A stretch of 61,259 nt of DNA from Akkermansiaceae bacterium (GCA_047634075.1 JBLIDI010000001.1:1-61259), one strand, 5' to 3'. Shown: positions 1-11,200, numbered from the stretch's first letter. The notes: a model not told the origin generated them from the sequence alone. Numbers and translations are program-made.

Positions 1-75
1 GTGATGTTATCGTTGATGGGCGTGGTGGGCTTTGGCGTCGTATGGCTCGCGAGTGTCCTGATCCCGCTGAGCTGA
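1..75 (+). CDS. 3' end of a membrane protein gene truncated by the window start (partial)
   Basis: Frame 1 reads VMLSLMGVVGFGVVWLASVLIPLS then TGA at 73-75. This is a hydrophobic TM-like tail open to the window edge. No family assignable. Confidence 0.25.
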   Translation: MMLSLMGVVGFGVVWLASVLIPLS

Positions 76-167
76 TCCGGGGTAGGTGAGTTGAGCTGCG
101 GGCACAAGATCTGAAACCTTTCTGGTCATCGGGAGTCCGATCACACAACTTGGTTCCCTTTCTCCAA

Positions 168-1015
168 ATGCTCCATTTCTTCCTTTTCGTCACCTTCTTG
201 CTTCCCTTCGCTTGGGCGGAGCAAATCGTCATTGTCTCCTTCGGCTCGAACAAAAAATTGTCCGTTTATTCGATCAGCGCCAAGAATGGTGCTCTTCATT
301 TGAGATCAAACTTCCCCTTGGAATCGGGCGCGGGACCGATGTGCGTCAATCGCGCCGGAACGCGTCTCTATGTCAGCATGAAAGAGACCGGGAAACTTGC
401 GGCACTTCAAATCGGCGATGATGCCTCACTTACCTTACTGGGTGAAACCCATATCGGAGCCGATGTTTCATTTCTCACTCTGCATCCGGAAGAGAAATCC
501 CTCCTCACCTCATACTACAAAGTCGGCAAAGTGGCCGTCCACAGCATCTTTGGTTCCACCAAAAAAACGGTCACGGCTATGGCCGCGATGAACAAGGTCG
601 GGCCGCTGCAAGCTATCGACTCGACTCCGAAACTGGAGCCCTTCGTTTTGTCGAAACGATCCACACTCCGCCTCCCGTTGGCTACGAGGGAAAGCGCAGC
701 ACCTCGGACATCGAAGTCCATCCCTCCGGGAAGTTCGTCTATCTTGCAAACCGTGGCGACAATGTGATTGTCCCTTTTAAAATTGATCCCAAAACGGCCC
801 GGCTTTCAGAGCTTACTTCGGTGCCCACCGAAGAAGTCACGCGTTCCTTCAACATTTCCCCGGACGGAAAGCTTCTCGTTGCCGTCGGTCAAAAATCCGG
901 CAACCTCGCCACCTTCGCCATCGATGACAAAGGGCATCTCAAACGTCTCGCCACCACTAAGGCTGGAATCAATCCCTGGTGGGTGGAGTTCGTGAAAATT
1001 CCTGCCGAGAAGTAG
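168..1015 (+). pseudogene. Secreted lactonase-type 7-bladed beta-propeller protein (Pgl/YbhE-like), reading frame broken at an A7 run
   Basis: ORF 150..767 has a signal peptide from ATG 168 (MLHFFLFVTFLLPFAWA). It is plausible up to ..GKVAVHSIFGSTKK. The next frame then carries ..YRLDSETGALRFVETIHTPPPVGYEGKRSTSDIEVHPSGKFVYLANRGDNVIVPFKIDPKT.. and joins ORF 764..1015. The switch is at aaaaaaa 561-567. Confidence 0.6.
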
Positions 1016-1069
1016 AAAGATTCCCAGCCTTCAGGAGCAGGGATCTCATAAGTCCAAAGGCCCGGTAGC

Positions 1070-1510
1070 CTATGAGATATTCGGTGGAATGACTTTGATG
1101 TCGTGGGCTTGCAGGAAGCGTTGGGCGACTTTTTCGAACTCGGTGTTTTCGTGGGTGAAGTAGGCTTCGCGGAGGTCGGGGAATTCTTGGAGGGTGTCCT
1201 TAAAATTGCGGAAGGGGCGGGGGCGACTGAGGTCGCGTGTGAGGGCTTTTTGGGCTTCACCTTCTTCGAGGGTGGTGAGGTAGCTCTCCATGATTTGGAA
1301 GCCATCGTGTGAATCGAGTTGCTTGATGAGGAGGAAGTCGTCCGGGCGTTCTTCGAGGGCGAGGTCGTTTTCTTCGCCGCTGATGCCGGGGTCCATGAAG
1401 TGGATGATTTCGCCGGTTTTGATATTGAGGTAAGCACCAGCGTCCGGCATGTCGCCATAGAATGTCATGGCTTCGACGAAGTCGGAGAGGTCGATGGGGA
1501 GTTTTTTCAT
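1070..1510 (-). CDS. UPF0158-like small cytoplasmic protein
   Basis: 146-aa ORF. N-terminal pattern (LSDFVEAMTF..AYLNIKTGEI) and acidic middle resemble UPF0158 family proteins from memory. Clean ATG, no overlap. Confidence 0.5.
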   Translation of the reverse strand: MKKLPIDLSDFVEAMTFYGDMPDAGAYLNIKTGEIIHFMDPGISGEENDLALEERPDDFLLIKQLDSHDGFQIMESYLTTLEEGEAQKALTRDLSRPRPFRNFKDTLQEFPDLREAYFTHENTEFEKVAQRFLQAHDIKVIPPNIS

Positions 1511-1693
1511 GGGTTCAATTACTGTTCGATGCGGTTGAGAGAGTGAGGCAAGGGCGATGGTTTTTTCTTCGGACGGTTTTTTGCGCCGAAGAGAGGTGGC
1601 CTCGAAATATGAGAGTGAATCACCCTCATTCGCATTAGAAAAAATGGGTGGAATGCAGATTGTCCCGTTGATCGCTCAATTTTCGGGTGGGGG

Positions 1694-2380
1694 ATGTTGG
1701 ATGACTTCAAAGGGAAATTCATGCTCCCTTCTTTGGATTTTCACGAAGGCGGGGTAGAAGAGGTCATGTTGATCGGAGCTTTGGTTGTTTTTTGGGTCCT
1801 GGGATCTGGGCTTGCGTTGCTCGTGTGGCAGGGGGTGTGGGTTTCCAAAGGCAGGAAAGGAGAGTCCCCGTCGGATCGGGGGGGGGTGCTCGCGGTGCTC
1901 GCTCCGCTTATCGTTTTTTCGATCTTGATCTTTTTGGGGTGGTTGGTGTCGCCGCTGAAGCCTTCGCGGGGAGGGATTATCGGGAAGTACGAGATTGATC
2001 CTGGTTTTCATCCGGGGGCGCAGGCGGATTGGCAGCATGACACTTATACGATGGAGATCACGAGGGATGAGGTGGTTCTCCGTGATGCTCGAGCGACGAA
2101 GGAGTGGCGGCATGCCATCGAGTGGTTCGATGGGGTGGCGTATCGGTGGCGATTTAACTCACTGGAGGAGAAGCACCACATGGTGAGAGGTGGCCCGGGG
2201 ATTATCAGAGAGGCCTTCGGATATTATTACGTGTTTGAAAGTCCGCTTTATGGCGAGGTCGTTTTTCGGAAGAAGGCGGGTTTTCCGTGGTGGGTGGTGT
2301 GGGTGCTTGCGGGAGTTGGGGTGGGTTTGTTTTGGTGGAGGAAGGCGGAGAGGGGCACTCCGGAGAGAGCCATTCCGTGA
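1694..2380 (+). CDS. Hypothetical membrane protein (3 predicted TM segments)
   Basis: 228-aa ORF with hydrophobic helices (LIGALVVFWVLGSGLALLVW, VLAVLAPLIVFSILIFLGWLV, FPWWVVWVLAGVGVGLFWW). The start codon is uncertain. Confidence 0.5.
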   Translation: MLDDFKGKFMLPSLDFHEGGVEEVMLIGALVVFWVLGSGLALLVWQGVWVSKGRKGESPSDRGGVLAVLAPLIVFSILIFLGWLVSPLKPSRGGIIGKYEIDPGFHPGAQADWQHDTYTMEITRDEVVLRDARATKEWRHAIEWFDGVAYRWRFNSLEEKHHMVRGGPGIIREAFGYYYVFESPLYGEVVFRKKAGFPWWVVWVLAGVGVGLFWWRKAERGTPERAIP

Positions 2381-2381
2381 G

Positions 2382-3111
2382 TTATTCGATGGGAAGCTGG
2401 TATTCTTCGGAAAAGGTCGCCGCCGCGATGGGGTCCTTTTCTTTGAGCGTTGTGTGAATTTCTTTGAAAAGGTTGGTGCGGTCTTCGCCGGGGGGGGAGG
2501 GTTTCGGCCCAGTCGACGGCGGCGGCGGGTTCGTGGGGGGCGAGAGTGCTGGCGTAGGTTTCGACGGCGGCATTTTTGGTGGGTCCGGCTTCCTGAGACT
2601 GGACCCACTCTCCAGCGGCGGCGAAGTTATCGCGGGGTCCAGCCTTGGAGGATTTGACGGTTGGTGTGGGTGCTGATTTCGTCATTGACTTCTTGCGTTG
2701 CGATCCAGGCGAGCCATTCCTGCGGGTTTTCCCGGACCCCGTTAAAGTGGAGGCCTTTGCATCTTGATCACCGGCTTTCACTCCGAGGGCGAGGGAGGCG
2801 AAGACTTGTCCGGGATCTTCGAGGTCCAGGGTGTCGACCAGGGCCAAGGCGGAGGCGAAGTTTTGCTGGGCGGCGGCCCCAGCGGGATCCTTGGCCGCGA
2901 ATTGCGAGGAGAGTATGCGGCGGTTACGACCTTCGAGGCCGAGGCTTTCGCGGGATTCGCTGAGAATAACAACGGCGGCTTCGGGGTTCTCGGAAGACAT
3001 CACCATGACGGACATCTCGGTGAGTTCGCGGATGGTATCGTCTTGGTGGTAGAGCCAGGATGCTGATCCAGCGAGGGCCAAGGCGGGGGCGATGAGGTGG
3101 AGGAGTTTCAT
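2382..3111 (-). pseudogene. Secreted DPxxAAxxW(L/A)-repeat (HEAT-like) protein, frameshifted at a G8/C8 homopolymer
   Basis: ATG at 3109-3111 gives MKLLHLIAPALALAGSASW (signal). The frame is plausible to ..AAAVDWAETLPP. The natural continuation GEDRTNLFKEIHTTLKEKDPIAAATFSEEYQLPIE* is in ORF 2382..2573. The junction lies in the G run 2490-2497. Confidence 0.55.
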
Positions 3112-3304
3112 GGGGCAAGGATCGATGTTAAAGAGATCTTGAGATCTTACCCAGGCACAAGCTGGCGGTGGTGACGAGAGCGCAAACGATGTCATATCGC
3201 TGAAACTTGGAGAAATCTCTCAAACCGGTGATTTACAGCACGGGCTTGAAATAGTTAAGTTCGAGGTGAATTTAAAGACAATCCATCCCGTTTCACCTAC
3301 TGTC

Positions 3305-4159
3305 ATGAAAAAGATTTTAATGCTCGCAATGGCTGCTCTTGCACTCCCGTTCCTCACCTCCTGCGCCGACTATGCCACTTATGGCTACGGCACCGTAGGG
3401 GCGCCGATTGGTGGTGGCTTTGGTGGCCCCGGTTTTGTAGGCGGCGGCCTCGCTCCGCTGCAGGTTGGCTTTGTGTCCACGACCTTCGACCAATGGGCCT
3501 ATGACCCTTATCGCCGATCATACTTTGACCGTCGAGTGGGTCGCTTTTACGACCCACGACTTCGTGACTACTGCGACGTTGTTCCTCATCGTTACGCGGC
3601 TCCAATTTACCCAACTGGTTTCCGCCGTGGCAATCGCCTCGCCTGCCCGACTTTCCTTCCAAGACACACTGCCGTGGCGAGGCATTCGGGTCACGGGGAC
3701 GCGGGTGTCGTTTCCAATCGCGGACGCTACTCTCCAGTCGTGCACGGATCTTCACGAGGCTCGACCAGCATCCGCAGTGCGAGCAACTACGATAAGCGAT
3801 CAAGTGGATCGACCTCAAATCGCAGGCCAACTTACGAGCAGTCCAGTGGATCTTCTCGTTATCAGACCGTTGGGACATCTTCCCGGAGTCGTAATTCGGT
3901 GAGCCGTCCGCAATCAACCCCGACGGTCAGGTCGCAACCGGTTGTCAGGTCGCAACCGACGGTAAGATCGCAGCCGGTTGTCAGGTCGCAGCCAGCGGCG
4001 CGGAGTCAGCCGGTTCGTTCCGCTCCTACGGTGAGGTCTTCATCCGACAGCCAGGGCAGGCCATCACGAAGCACGTCGCCATCGCGGACCAGTTCTCCTT
4101 CACGGAGCACCTCGACCCCGAGCCGCTCTTCCGGCCAGGCCCGTCAGCGGACCCGCTAA
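3305..4159 (+). CDS. Lipoprotein with Gly-rich N-region and Ser/Arg/Pro-rich repetitive C-terminus
   Basis: ORF 3266..4159 trimmed to ATG 3305. MKKILMLAMAALALPFLTSC carries a lipobox (LTSC). The C-terminal half is RSQP(V/T)V repeats and S/R/T low complexity. Confidence 0.65.
   Translation: MKKILMLAMAALALPFLTSCADYATYGYGTVGAPIGGGFGGPGFVGGGLAPLQVGFVSTTFDQWAYDPYRRSYFDRRVGRFYDPRLRDYCDVVPHRYAAPIYPTGFRRGNRLACPTFLPRHTAVARHSGHGDAGVVSNRGRYSPVVHGSSRGSTSIRSASNYDKRSSGSTSNRRPTYEQSSGSSRYQTVGTSSRSRNSVSRPQSTPTVRSQPVVRSQPTVRSQPVVRSQPAARSQPVRSAPTVRSSSDSQGRPSRSTSPSRTSSPSRSTSTPSRSSGQARQRTR
3914..4039 (+). repeat. Seven tandem 18-nt (6-codon) imperfect repeats inside the lipoprotein gene
   Basis: Units tcgcaaccggttgtcagg / tcgcaaccgacggtaaga / tcgcagccggttgtcagg and so on, encoding S-Q-P-x-V-R. 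Confidence 0.75.
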
Positions 4160-4178
4160 TCAACCCGCTCTTCCCTTC

Positions 4179-4212
4179 AAAGCCTCGTAGATCATTCTGC
4201 GGGGCTTTTTTT
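4179..4212 (+). terminator. Candidate intrinsic terminator after the lipoprotein gene
   Basis: aaagcctcg...tgcggggc imperfect stem followed by a T7 run (4206-4212), 20 nt after the stop codon. Confidence 0.4.
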
Positions 4213-4310
4213 AGGTTCACTTCTCAATGGCTCAGGATTGATTTGAAACCGCCAACCATCGAAGTTCTTTGATTCCCATTTTTCGAGAATTTCAGGAAGG
4301 GCGCGCGGCC

Positions 4311-5105
4311 TCACTTTTGGAGGGAGTAGATTTTCAAGTCATCGATGATGGCCTTCTTTGGCACGGCGACTCTGAGAACGCGTTTGGTGGGGTGGGCAAT
4401 TCCGGCGGAAGAAAATGAAGCGACCTCCTTGTCGTTTATGACGACCTTCATCGTGTCCCCTTTGAGGGTCACGACGAGGTTGTGCCACTTGCCCGCTTCG
4501 AGTTTGTTTTGGAAACGCTTTGTTTTTGTCTTCAGCATTTTTGTTTTTTCCGGAGTGATGGTTTTAGCGAGACGAGCTTTTCGAATGGCGTTGGCCATGA
4601 CCCCGGTTTTGAGGTCATTGATCTGGACATTCTTGGTGCTGATCTTCGTCATGCAGAAATGCCCGGCGTGGACCTCCTTGAACTTCATGTCGGCAAAATT
4701 AAGGCCGAGGCCGTCAGCCTCAGTCGGCAGGTTAAAACGAAGGGTGATCCTGCCATCTTGAAATTCCGCAGGATGAACGACCGAGACCGCATGGTCTGCC
4801 ACGGGTTGAAAGGTGATGTGCATCGCGCCATCTTTCAGGTCGACTTGCTTGTTTCCTTTTGCCCGCTTTTTGCTGTTTGAACTCCAGCTCTTGCCGATTT
4901 CTTCCTTTGAGTCGTCGCTTCTTACGAACCGTCTCACTGACGGGTGTAGGGGGGGGTCACGAGTCGCCACGTCGTGAGAGCAAGAAAGAAGACTGCCCTC
5001 TGACCGATAGCCGTGATAGTATTTTGTTCCTAGGGAGTAGCAACTCGCTGAGACGAGCCACATGACTCCCACCGAAAACCAGAGAGCAATAAGTCGGGGA
5101 ATCAT
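4311..5105 (-). CDS. Divergent DUF1080/LamG-like jelly-roll domain protein with N-terminal anchor
   Basis: 264-aa ORF with an N-terminal hydrophobic segment. The C-terminal pattern GKWHNLVVTLKGDTMKVVINDKEV...IIDDLKIYSL is collinear with DUF1080 (3-keto-disaccharide hydrolase) tails. Confidence 0.45.
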   Translation of the reverse strand: MIPRLIALWFSVGVMWLVSASCYSLGTKYYHGYRSEGSLLSCSHDVATRDPPLHPSVRRFVRSDDSKEEIGKSWSSNSKKRAKGNKQVDLKDGAMHITFQPVADHAVSVVHPAEFQDGRITLRFNLPTEADGLGLNFADMKFKEVHAGHFCMTKISTKNVQINDLKTGVMANAIRKARLAKTITPEKTKMLKTKTKRFQNKLEAGKWHNLVVTLKGDTMKVVINDKEVASFSSAGIAHPTKRVLRVAVPKKAIIDDLKIYSLQK

Positions 5106-5340
5106 GAGCTGACGTTACCGAACGTGAGGATTGCTCAAGCAAAAAGCTCCCGAAGGCCCACCTCCTGTTGGCTCCGGACTCGCCAGCAGCCTCAGTTTGC
5201 AGAGCCAATCGCCCGAGTTCATCTCCCTCTGTGCCCTCGGTAGGACATTTCTAAAATCTGGGAGCTTCAAGATCCGATACCCTCGGAATCATTTTTTGCG
5301 TGTTTTTCCCCTCCGTCCCCGCTTTTCTCCACCCAACATC

Positions 5341-7896
5341 ATGTCCGAGAAACGCAAGCCTTACCCCTTTGACCTCTTCGAGCCCAAATGGCAATCCCAT
5401 TGGGCCGAGAACAAAACCTACCGCACTCCTGGTCCCGGTGACGAAGGCTTCGATCTCTCAAAGCCGAAATACTATATTCTCGACATGTTCCCTTACCCGA
5501 GTGCAGCCGGCCTCCACGTGGGCCACCCCGAGGGCTACACCGCCACCGACATCATGGGCCGTTACAAGCGCATGAACGGCTTCAACGTCCTCCACCCCAT
5601 GGGTTGGGACGCCTTTGGCCTCCCCGCCGAGCAATACGCCATCAAGACCGGCACCCACCCCCGCATCACCACCGAGGCCAACACCAAGAACTTCCGCCGC
5701 CAGCTCCAGGAACTCGGCTTCGGCTACGATTGGGACCGCGAGATCAATACCACCGATCCCAAATACGTTCGCTGGACCCAGTGGATTTTCCTCCAGCTCT
5801 ACAACTCCTACTTCTGCGACGAAGACCAAAAAGCGAAGCCCGTCTCCGAACTCGAAGCCAAAGGTTGGTCGCAGGCTCAAATCGACGACGTCCGCCTCGC
5901 CTTCATTCACGAAGCCCCTGTCAATTGGTCACCCTCCCTAGGCACTGTCCTCGCCAATGAGGAAATCGAAGAGTGGAAGAAAAAAGGCGAAACCGTCGAG
6001 CGCCGCCCGCTCCGTCAGTGGATGCTTCGCATCACAAAATACGCCCAACGGCTCATTGATGAACTCGAGCCTCTCGACTGGCCTGAATCTATCAAATCCC
6101 TCCAGCGCAACTGGATTGGCCGCTCGGAAGGAGCCGAAGTCACCTTTGATGTCGAAGGCCATGACATCACCGTCTTCACGACCCGTCCCGATACCCTCTT
6201 CGGGGCCACCTACATGGTCCTCGCCCCCGAGCACCCGCTTGTCGCGGAAATCACGACCGCTGAAAATGAAGAGGCCGTCGACACCTACGTCAAAGCCTGT
6301 GCCTCCAAATCCGACATGGATCGTGGCCTCGACAAAGACAAAACTGGCGTTGCCACCGGAGCCTGCGCCATCAACCCCGTCAACGGTGAAAAGATCCCCG
6401 TCTGGATCGCCGATTATGTCATGATGGGCTACGGCAGCGGAGCCATCATGGCGGTGCCTGCGCATGATGAGCGGGACTTCGAATTTGCCGAGAAATTCTG
6501 TCTCCCCATCCTCCAAGTCGTGTCCGACATTTCGGACGGGTCCGACTCGTCCGAAAAGTCCGACATCTCCTCCGCCCAAGCCGCAAACGGAACCGCCATC
6601 AACTCCGGCTTCCTCGATGGCCTTAAAACGAAAGACGCCAAAAAGAAGATTATCCATTGGCTCGTCGAAAACAAAAAAGGCTCCAAGAAAATCCAGTTCA
6701 AACTCCGCGACTGGCTCTTCTCGCGCCAGCGCTACTGGGGCGAGCCCTTTCCTCTCCTTTGGGACAAGGAAACCGGCCAGCACACCGGCGTTCCCGAGTC
6801 CGAACTCCCTCTTCTCCAACCCGAGATGGAGGACTTCAAGCCCACCGGCGACCCCCGCGGCCCTCTCGTCAACTGCACGGACTGGATCAACTACTCGGAC
6901 AAGCTCACACGCGAGACCAACACCATGCCCCAATGGGCGGGCTCCTGCTGGTATTACCTCCGCTACTGCGATCCCGACAACACCGAGAATTTTATCAGCC
7001 CCGAAGCTGAAGACTACTGGGGAAATGACGACGGCTTCGTCGATTTCTACGTCGGCGGTAAGGAACACGCCGTCCTTCACCTCCTCTACTCCCGCTTCTG
7101 GCACAAAGTTCTCAACGACCTCGGCCACGTCAAATCCTCCGAGCCCTTCAAAAAATACTTCGCCCCCGGTCTCATCATGGGCGAGGACGGACAAAAAATG
7201 TCCAAATCGGTGGGCAACGTCGTCAACCCGGACATCGTCGTAGAACTCTACGGTGCCGACTCCCTCCGCCTCTACGAAATGTTCATGGGCCCCCTCGACC
7301 AGGATAAACCTTGGGCCATGAAAGGCGTGGAAGGTGTCCACCGCTTCCTCGCCAAAGTCTGGCGCCTTGCCTTCTCCGAGGATGCCGATGGAGGTTGGAT
7401 CTCCAGTGGCAAAATTGTGGCGGGTGAAAATGCCGATCTCGCCAAAACAACCCATCAGACGATCAAGCGCGTCGAAGAAGCAATCAAGACCCTCCGCTTC
7501 AACACCGGCATCAGCGCCATGATGGAGTGCAGTAACGCCTACACCAGTGCGGATAAGATTCCCCGCGAACTCTTCCTCACCTTCCTCAAGCTTCTCAGCC
7601 CTTTCGCGCCGCACCTTGTCGAAGAGATTAACTCCGCCCTCGGCGAAAGCGAACTTGTCAGCGAGCAAACCTGGCCCGTCCTCGACGAGTCCCTCCTCGT
7701 CGAATCCGAGATCCAACTCATCGTTCAGGTCAACGGCAAGCTCCGCGCCCGTCTCACCGTCCCTGCCGATATCTCGAAAGAAGACGCCGAAGCCCAAGCC
7801 CTCGCCGACCCCAACGTCACCACCCACACCGATGGCAAAACGGTCCGCAAGGTCATCGTCGTCCCGGGCAAGCTCGTCAATATCGTCGCGAATTAG
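5341..7896 (+). CDS. leuS: Leucyl-tRNA synthetase
   Basis: ORF 5131..7896 trimmed to ATG 5341 ([21 protein letters not shown]). HIGH-type motif HVGHPEGY and KMSKS motif ([10 protein letters not shown]) are present. LeuRS collinearity holds throughout. Confidence 0.97.
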   Translation: MSEKRKPYPFDLFEPKWQSHWAENKTYRTPGPGDEGFDLSKPKYYILDMFPYPSAAGLHVGHPEGYTATDIMGRYKRMNGFNVLHPMGWDAFGLPAEQYAIKTGTHPRITTEANTKNFRRQLQELGFGYDWDREINTTDPKYVRWTQWIFLQLYNSYFCDEDQKAKPVSELEAKGWSQAQIDDVRLAFIHEAPVNWSPSLGTVLANEEIEEWKKKGETVERRPLRQWMLRITKYAQRLIDELEPLDWPESIKSLQRNWIGRSEGAEVTFDVEGHDITVFTTRPDTLFGATYMVLAPEHPLVAEITTAENEEAVDTYVKACASKSDMDRGLDKDKTGVATGACAINPVNGEKIPVWIADYVMMGYGSGAIMAVPAHDERDFEFAEKFCLPILQVVSDISDGSDSSEKSDISSAQAANGTAINSGFLDGLKTKDAKKKIIHWLVENKKGSKKIQFKLRDWLFSRQRYWGEPFPLLWDKETGQHTGVPESELPLLQPEMEDFKPTGDPRGPLVNCTDWINYSDKLTRETNTMPQWAGSCWYYLRYCDPDNTENFISPEAEDYWGNDDGFVDFYVGGKEHAVLHLLYSRFWHKVLNDLGHVKSSEPFKKYFAPGLIMGEDGQKMSKSVGNVVNPDIVVELYGADSLRLYEMFMGPLDQDKPWAMKGVEGVHRFLAKVWRLAFSEDADGGWISSGKIVAGENADLAKTTHQTIKRVEEAIKTLRFNTGISAMMECSNAYTSADKIPRELFLTFLKLLSPFAPHLVEEINSALGESELVSEQTWPVLDESLLVESEIQLIVQVNGKLRARLTVPADISKEDAEAQALADPNVTTHTDGKTVRKVIVVPGKLVNIVAN

Positions 7897-7933
7897 ATGA
7901 TGAACTCATAGGCCGCAGCGTTGCTTCTTTTAC

Positions 7934-8206
7934 TTGTGGGAGTGTTCGTCATTTCATGACATCGCAACTCTGCTCTTAAGAAGGAGCCTCCCAAAGATCA
8001 GAAAGAGACTGCTAGTGACACCGCCGGATGATCCGGGCCTTCTGGCCTCACTCTATCCTTCCCCCCTTGAATTTGAGGACTGGTCGCAAAAGGAGGAATA
8101 CGACATCTTTCGTATTCATGGCAGTGACCTTGCGGTGCGGGATCATAAGAAAAGCGATCATCTCGTCATGTCCATCGAGGGTGAGCTTTTACGGGAAGTG
8201 AGTTGA
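7934..8206 (+). CDS. Hypothetical small protein (weak)
   Basis: 90-aa TTG-start ORF in the leuS/SNF2 intergenic gap, lower GC than neighbours, no recognisable motif. Confidence 0.2.
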   Translation: MWECSSFHDIATLLLRRSLPKIRKRLLVTPPDDPGLLASLYPSPLEFEDWSQKEEYDIFRIHGSDLAVRDHKKSDHLVMSIEGELLREVS

Positions 8207-8275
8207 CTCCGCAAAACCGTTGGCAAAATGGTTGAGATTCGCGGCAAGCTGGTGGACACTCCCGCAACCGGATAA

Positions 8276-11200
8276 ATGGACCTCACTGCGATCTTTTCCC
8301 GCCCTGACCTCGTAAGCGAACTCAAAGGTCGCGATTGGACCGCTGTTTTTGATCGGAAATCCCTGCTGCGGGCGGAAAGCTACACCAAGCCCGCGCGCTT
8401 GCTGAGGCTCGATGCCTTTGACCTAGGCGAATCGGTGAATGTCATCGCTAGTTTTCGGGGGAACTCTGATCCCACTTATCGGACGGTCCTTACCTTCACT
8501 CGGAATGAACGGAGAAATTGGGCGTTTGGATGCTATTGCAGCTGCCCGGTCGCTTACGATTGCAAGCACTCTGCGGCCGCGCTGATCGCGCTGACCGAAC
8601 GCCTCAACCGATCGACGGGTTCGATCTCAAGATTGAGAGACCCGGGTGACTCCGAGATCGCCGACTGGCTCTCCACGGTGAGCGCATCCCTCGCTGTGCC
8701 GGCTCCTTCTGAAGAAAAGGAAAAGCCCAATAATTCCTTCCTTGCCTATTGTCTCGTGCCGCCGACTTATAGCTACGAATCGCGCTACAACCTCTCCTTG
8801 CACGTGGGGCGGAGTCTCAAAAATGGGGAAGTTAGGATTACTACTAATTCCAACGCCAATGCGGATCCCATCAGGCCGCCTAAGTATATGAGACCCGAGG
8901 ACATCATGCCTTGCACCCTCTACTACCAAATTCTCCGTGGAAGCTACCAATACGGCGGCCTCCGTTTGGAAGGTCCGCAAGCGGGTCTCCTCCTCCAGCA
9001 GGCGCTCGAAACCGGCCGCCTCTATCGCCTTGGGGATCGCCAGCACCCTGAACTCCTGATCCCCGGAGACTCCATCCTTCCCGAACCGATCTGGGAGAAT
9101 CAGCCCGATGGCTCTGCTCGGCCCACTTTTGCTCCGCCGTTTTCCGAGGCCATTGGCATCATCAATACCCAGCCCCCCTATATTCTCCTTCCTCATCCTG
9201 ACCCGGATCGGGTCGCATTCCATCCCCTCGACCTCTCTCGTCATAGCGCTAGTTTTCTCAAAGCTTGGAGCAACGGTCCCACCCTCAAGCCGGAGCAAGT
9301 CGCCACCATCGCCACCGCCCTCCAAAACCGCCTCCCGGCCCTTCCCAAACCGATTCCCAGCAAGACCGAGGTCCTCAAAAAATCGAAACCCCAAATCCAG
9401 CTTTATCTCCACCGCGCCAATCCCTTCACCCACGGTGGACTTCACCTCTCCGGCCAACCCGAACCCATCATCGCGGAGCTCACCTTCCGCTATCACAGCC
9501 ACGATTTCACTCCCAATCTCGCCGAGGAACCCAAGGGGAAAGCCAACTTCATCGCTTCTAAAAAGGGAGCCGTTTACACCATCCCCCGCGACACCAAGAT
9601 CGAGCGCGAAGCCATCCTCTCTCTCCAACACGATCATGACATCGTTCCCGCAGGCGCCCACGATCCTCAAATTGCTCCCGAGCGCCGGTCCGCTTTAGTT
9701 CCCGCTGATCCTCCCTCCCAGTGGGATATTGCGATCGTCGCATTCATGACCCATTCCGTCCCGCTCCTCCGAGAGCAAGGCTGGAAGGTCACCATCGATA
9801 CCACTGCCAAGGTCAACGTCCACACCATCGGTCCGGACGACCTCGACACCGGCCTCGCAGAACACCCCGACCACGGCATCGACTGGTTCCAGTTCTCCGC
9901 CTCCTACCTCACCCCCGAGGGTGACAAACAACCACTCCTTCCGCTTCTCTCTTCCTACCTCAGACTCCTCGATTTCGACACCATCGACGAGACCTTGGAA
10001 TCCCTAAGAGACGATGACCAGACCCTCCTCCGGGATCCCGACTCGCCTAATTCCTTCCTCGCCCTCCCGACCCTCCGCCTCCTCAGTCTCGCGAAAACCC
10101 TGCACGATCTCTTCGGCTCCAATTCGCCGGAGGAACCCCTCCATCGTCTCCAGGCCGCCGCCCTCGCGGACGTCCTCGAAATGGACTCCAGCCAGACCCT
10201 CAAGGATCTCGCCGCCCTCGGCAAAAATCTCAAAAACGTCACGACCCTTCCCCGGCCCAAGCCACCCAAATCTGTTGAGGCGGATCTCCGCGACTACCAA
10301 CTCGATGGCTTCCACTGGATGCAGTTCCTCGCTCGCCACGGACTCCACGGGATCCTTGCCGATGATATGGGCCTTGGCAAAACCCTCCAAGCTCTCACCC
10401 ACTTGCAAGCCGAGATCTCCGGCCGCCGCACCAACAAACTCCCGTCCCTCGTTCTCGCTCCCACCTCCGTCGTCGGGAACTGGAAAGCCGAGGCCAAAAA
10501 ATTCACCCCCCGACTCAAAACCCTCCTCCTCCACGGGCCCGAGCGTAAGGCCGAGTTTCCAAAAATTCCCAAGGCCCATCTTGTCATCACCTCCTACGCT
10601 CTTTTAGTACGAGATTTCGAAGTACTCAAGGACCAGGACTTCCATCTCGTCATTCTCGACGAAGCCCAATACATCAAAAATCCCGCTGCCAAAGTCTCAC
10701 AACACGTCTGCAAGCTCCGCGCAAATCACCGGCTCTCCCTTTCCGGGACCCCGCTCGAAAATCACCTCGGCGAACTCTGGTCGCAGATGCGCTTCCTCAT
10801 GCCCGGCCTTCTCGGCTCGTCAGAAGCCTTCCGCAAGCACTTCCGCACACCCATCGAAAAGCACGGTGACTCTAACGCCCAACTTTCCCTGAACTCCCGC
10901 GTCGCCCCCCTCATCCTGCGCCGCACCAAGGATCAGGTCGCCACCGAGCTTCCGCCGAAGACTGAGATCCTCCACTCCATCTCCCTCAACCCCGGCCAGA
11001 TCGACATTTACGAAACGGTCCGCGCCGCCATGGACGACCGTATTCGCGATGCCATCGCCGACAAGGGCCTCGCCAAGTCGCAGATCATCGTGCTCGATGC
11101 CCTCCTCAAGCTACGCCAAATTTGCTGCCACCCCCAACTCCTCAAGCTCCCCGCCGCTCAGAAGGTCAAGCACTCCGCTAAGCTCGACTTCCTCACCGAC

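Noticed and set aside
558-569. A-run as a programmed -1 ribosomal frameshift site in the lactonase gene
   Set aside because: The zero-frame context (acc aaa aaa acg) is not a full X XXY YYZ heptamer. I saw no downstream stem-loop or pseudoknot, and there is no precedent for this family. An indel is more parsimonious, so it is kept only as a low-interest finding.
5131-5340. N-terminal 70-codon extension of leuS from a TTG start
   Set aside because: The extension is Ser/Pro/Leu-rich with no LeuRS similarity. The ATG at 5341 gives the canonical [11 protein letters not shown].. start.
6519-6590. Ser/Asp-rich insert ([17 protein letters not shown]) in LeuRS as an unusual feature
   Set aside because: It falls in a region that I recall being length-variable among bacterial LeuRS and looks like a benign low-complexity linker, so it is not reported as a finding.
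5938-7827. 629-aa ORF antisense to leuS
   Set aside because: Gly/Val/Glu/Ala-rich composition typical of shadow ORFs on the opposite strand of a GC-rich gene. It lies entirely within a high-confidence leuS.
8627-9670. 347-aa ORF antisense to the SNF2 gene. The same applies to 21293..22051 and 22300..22998 antisense to the coiled-coil genes, and 46010..46825 antisense to the giant gene.
   Set aside because: Low-complexity antisense reading frames inside well-supported genes, with no independent start or motif support.
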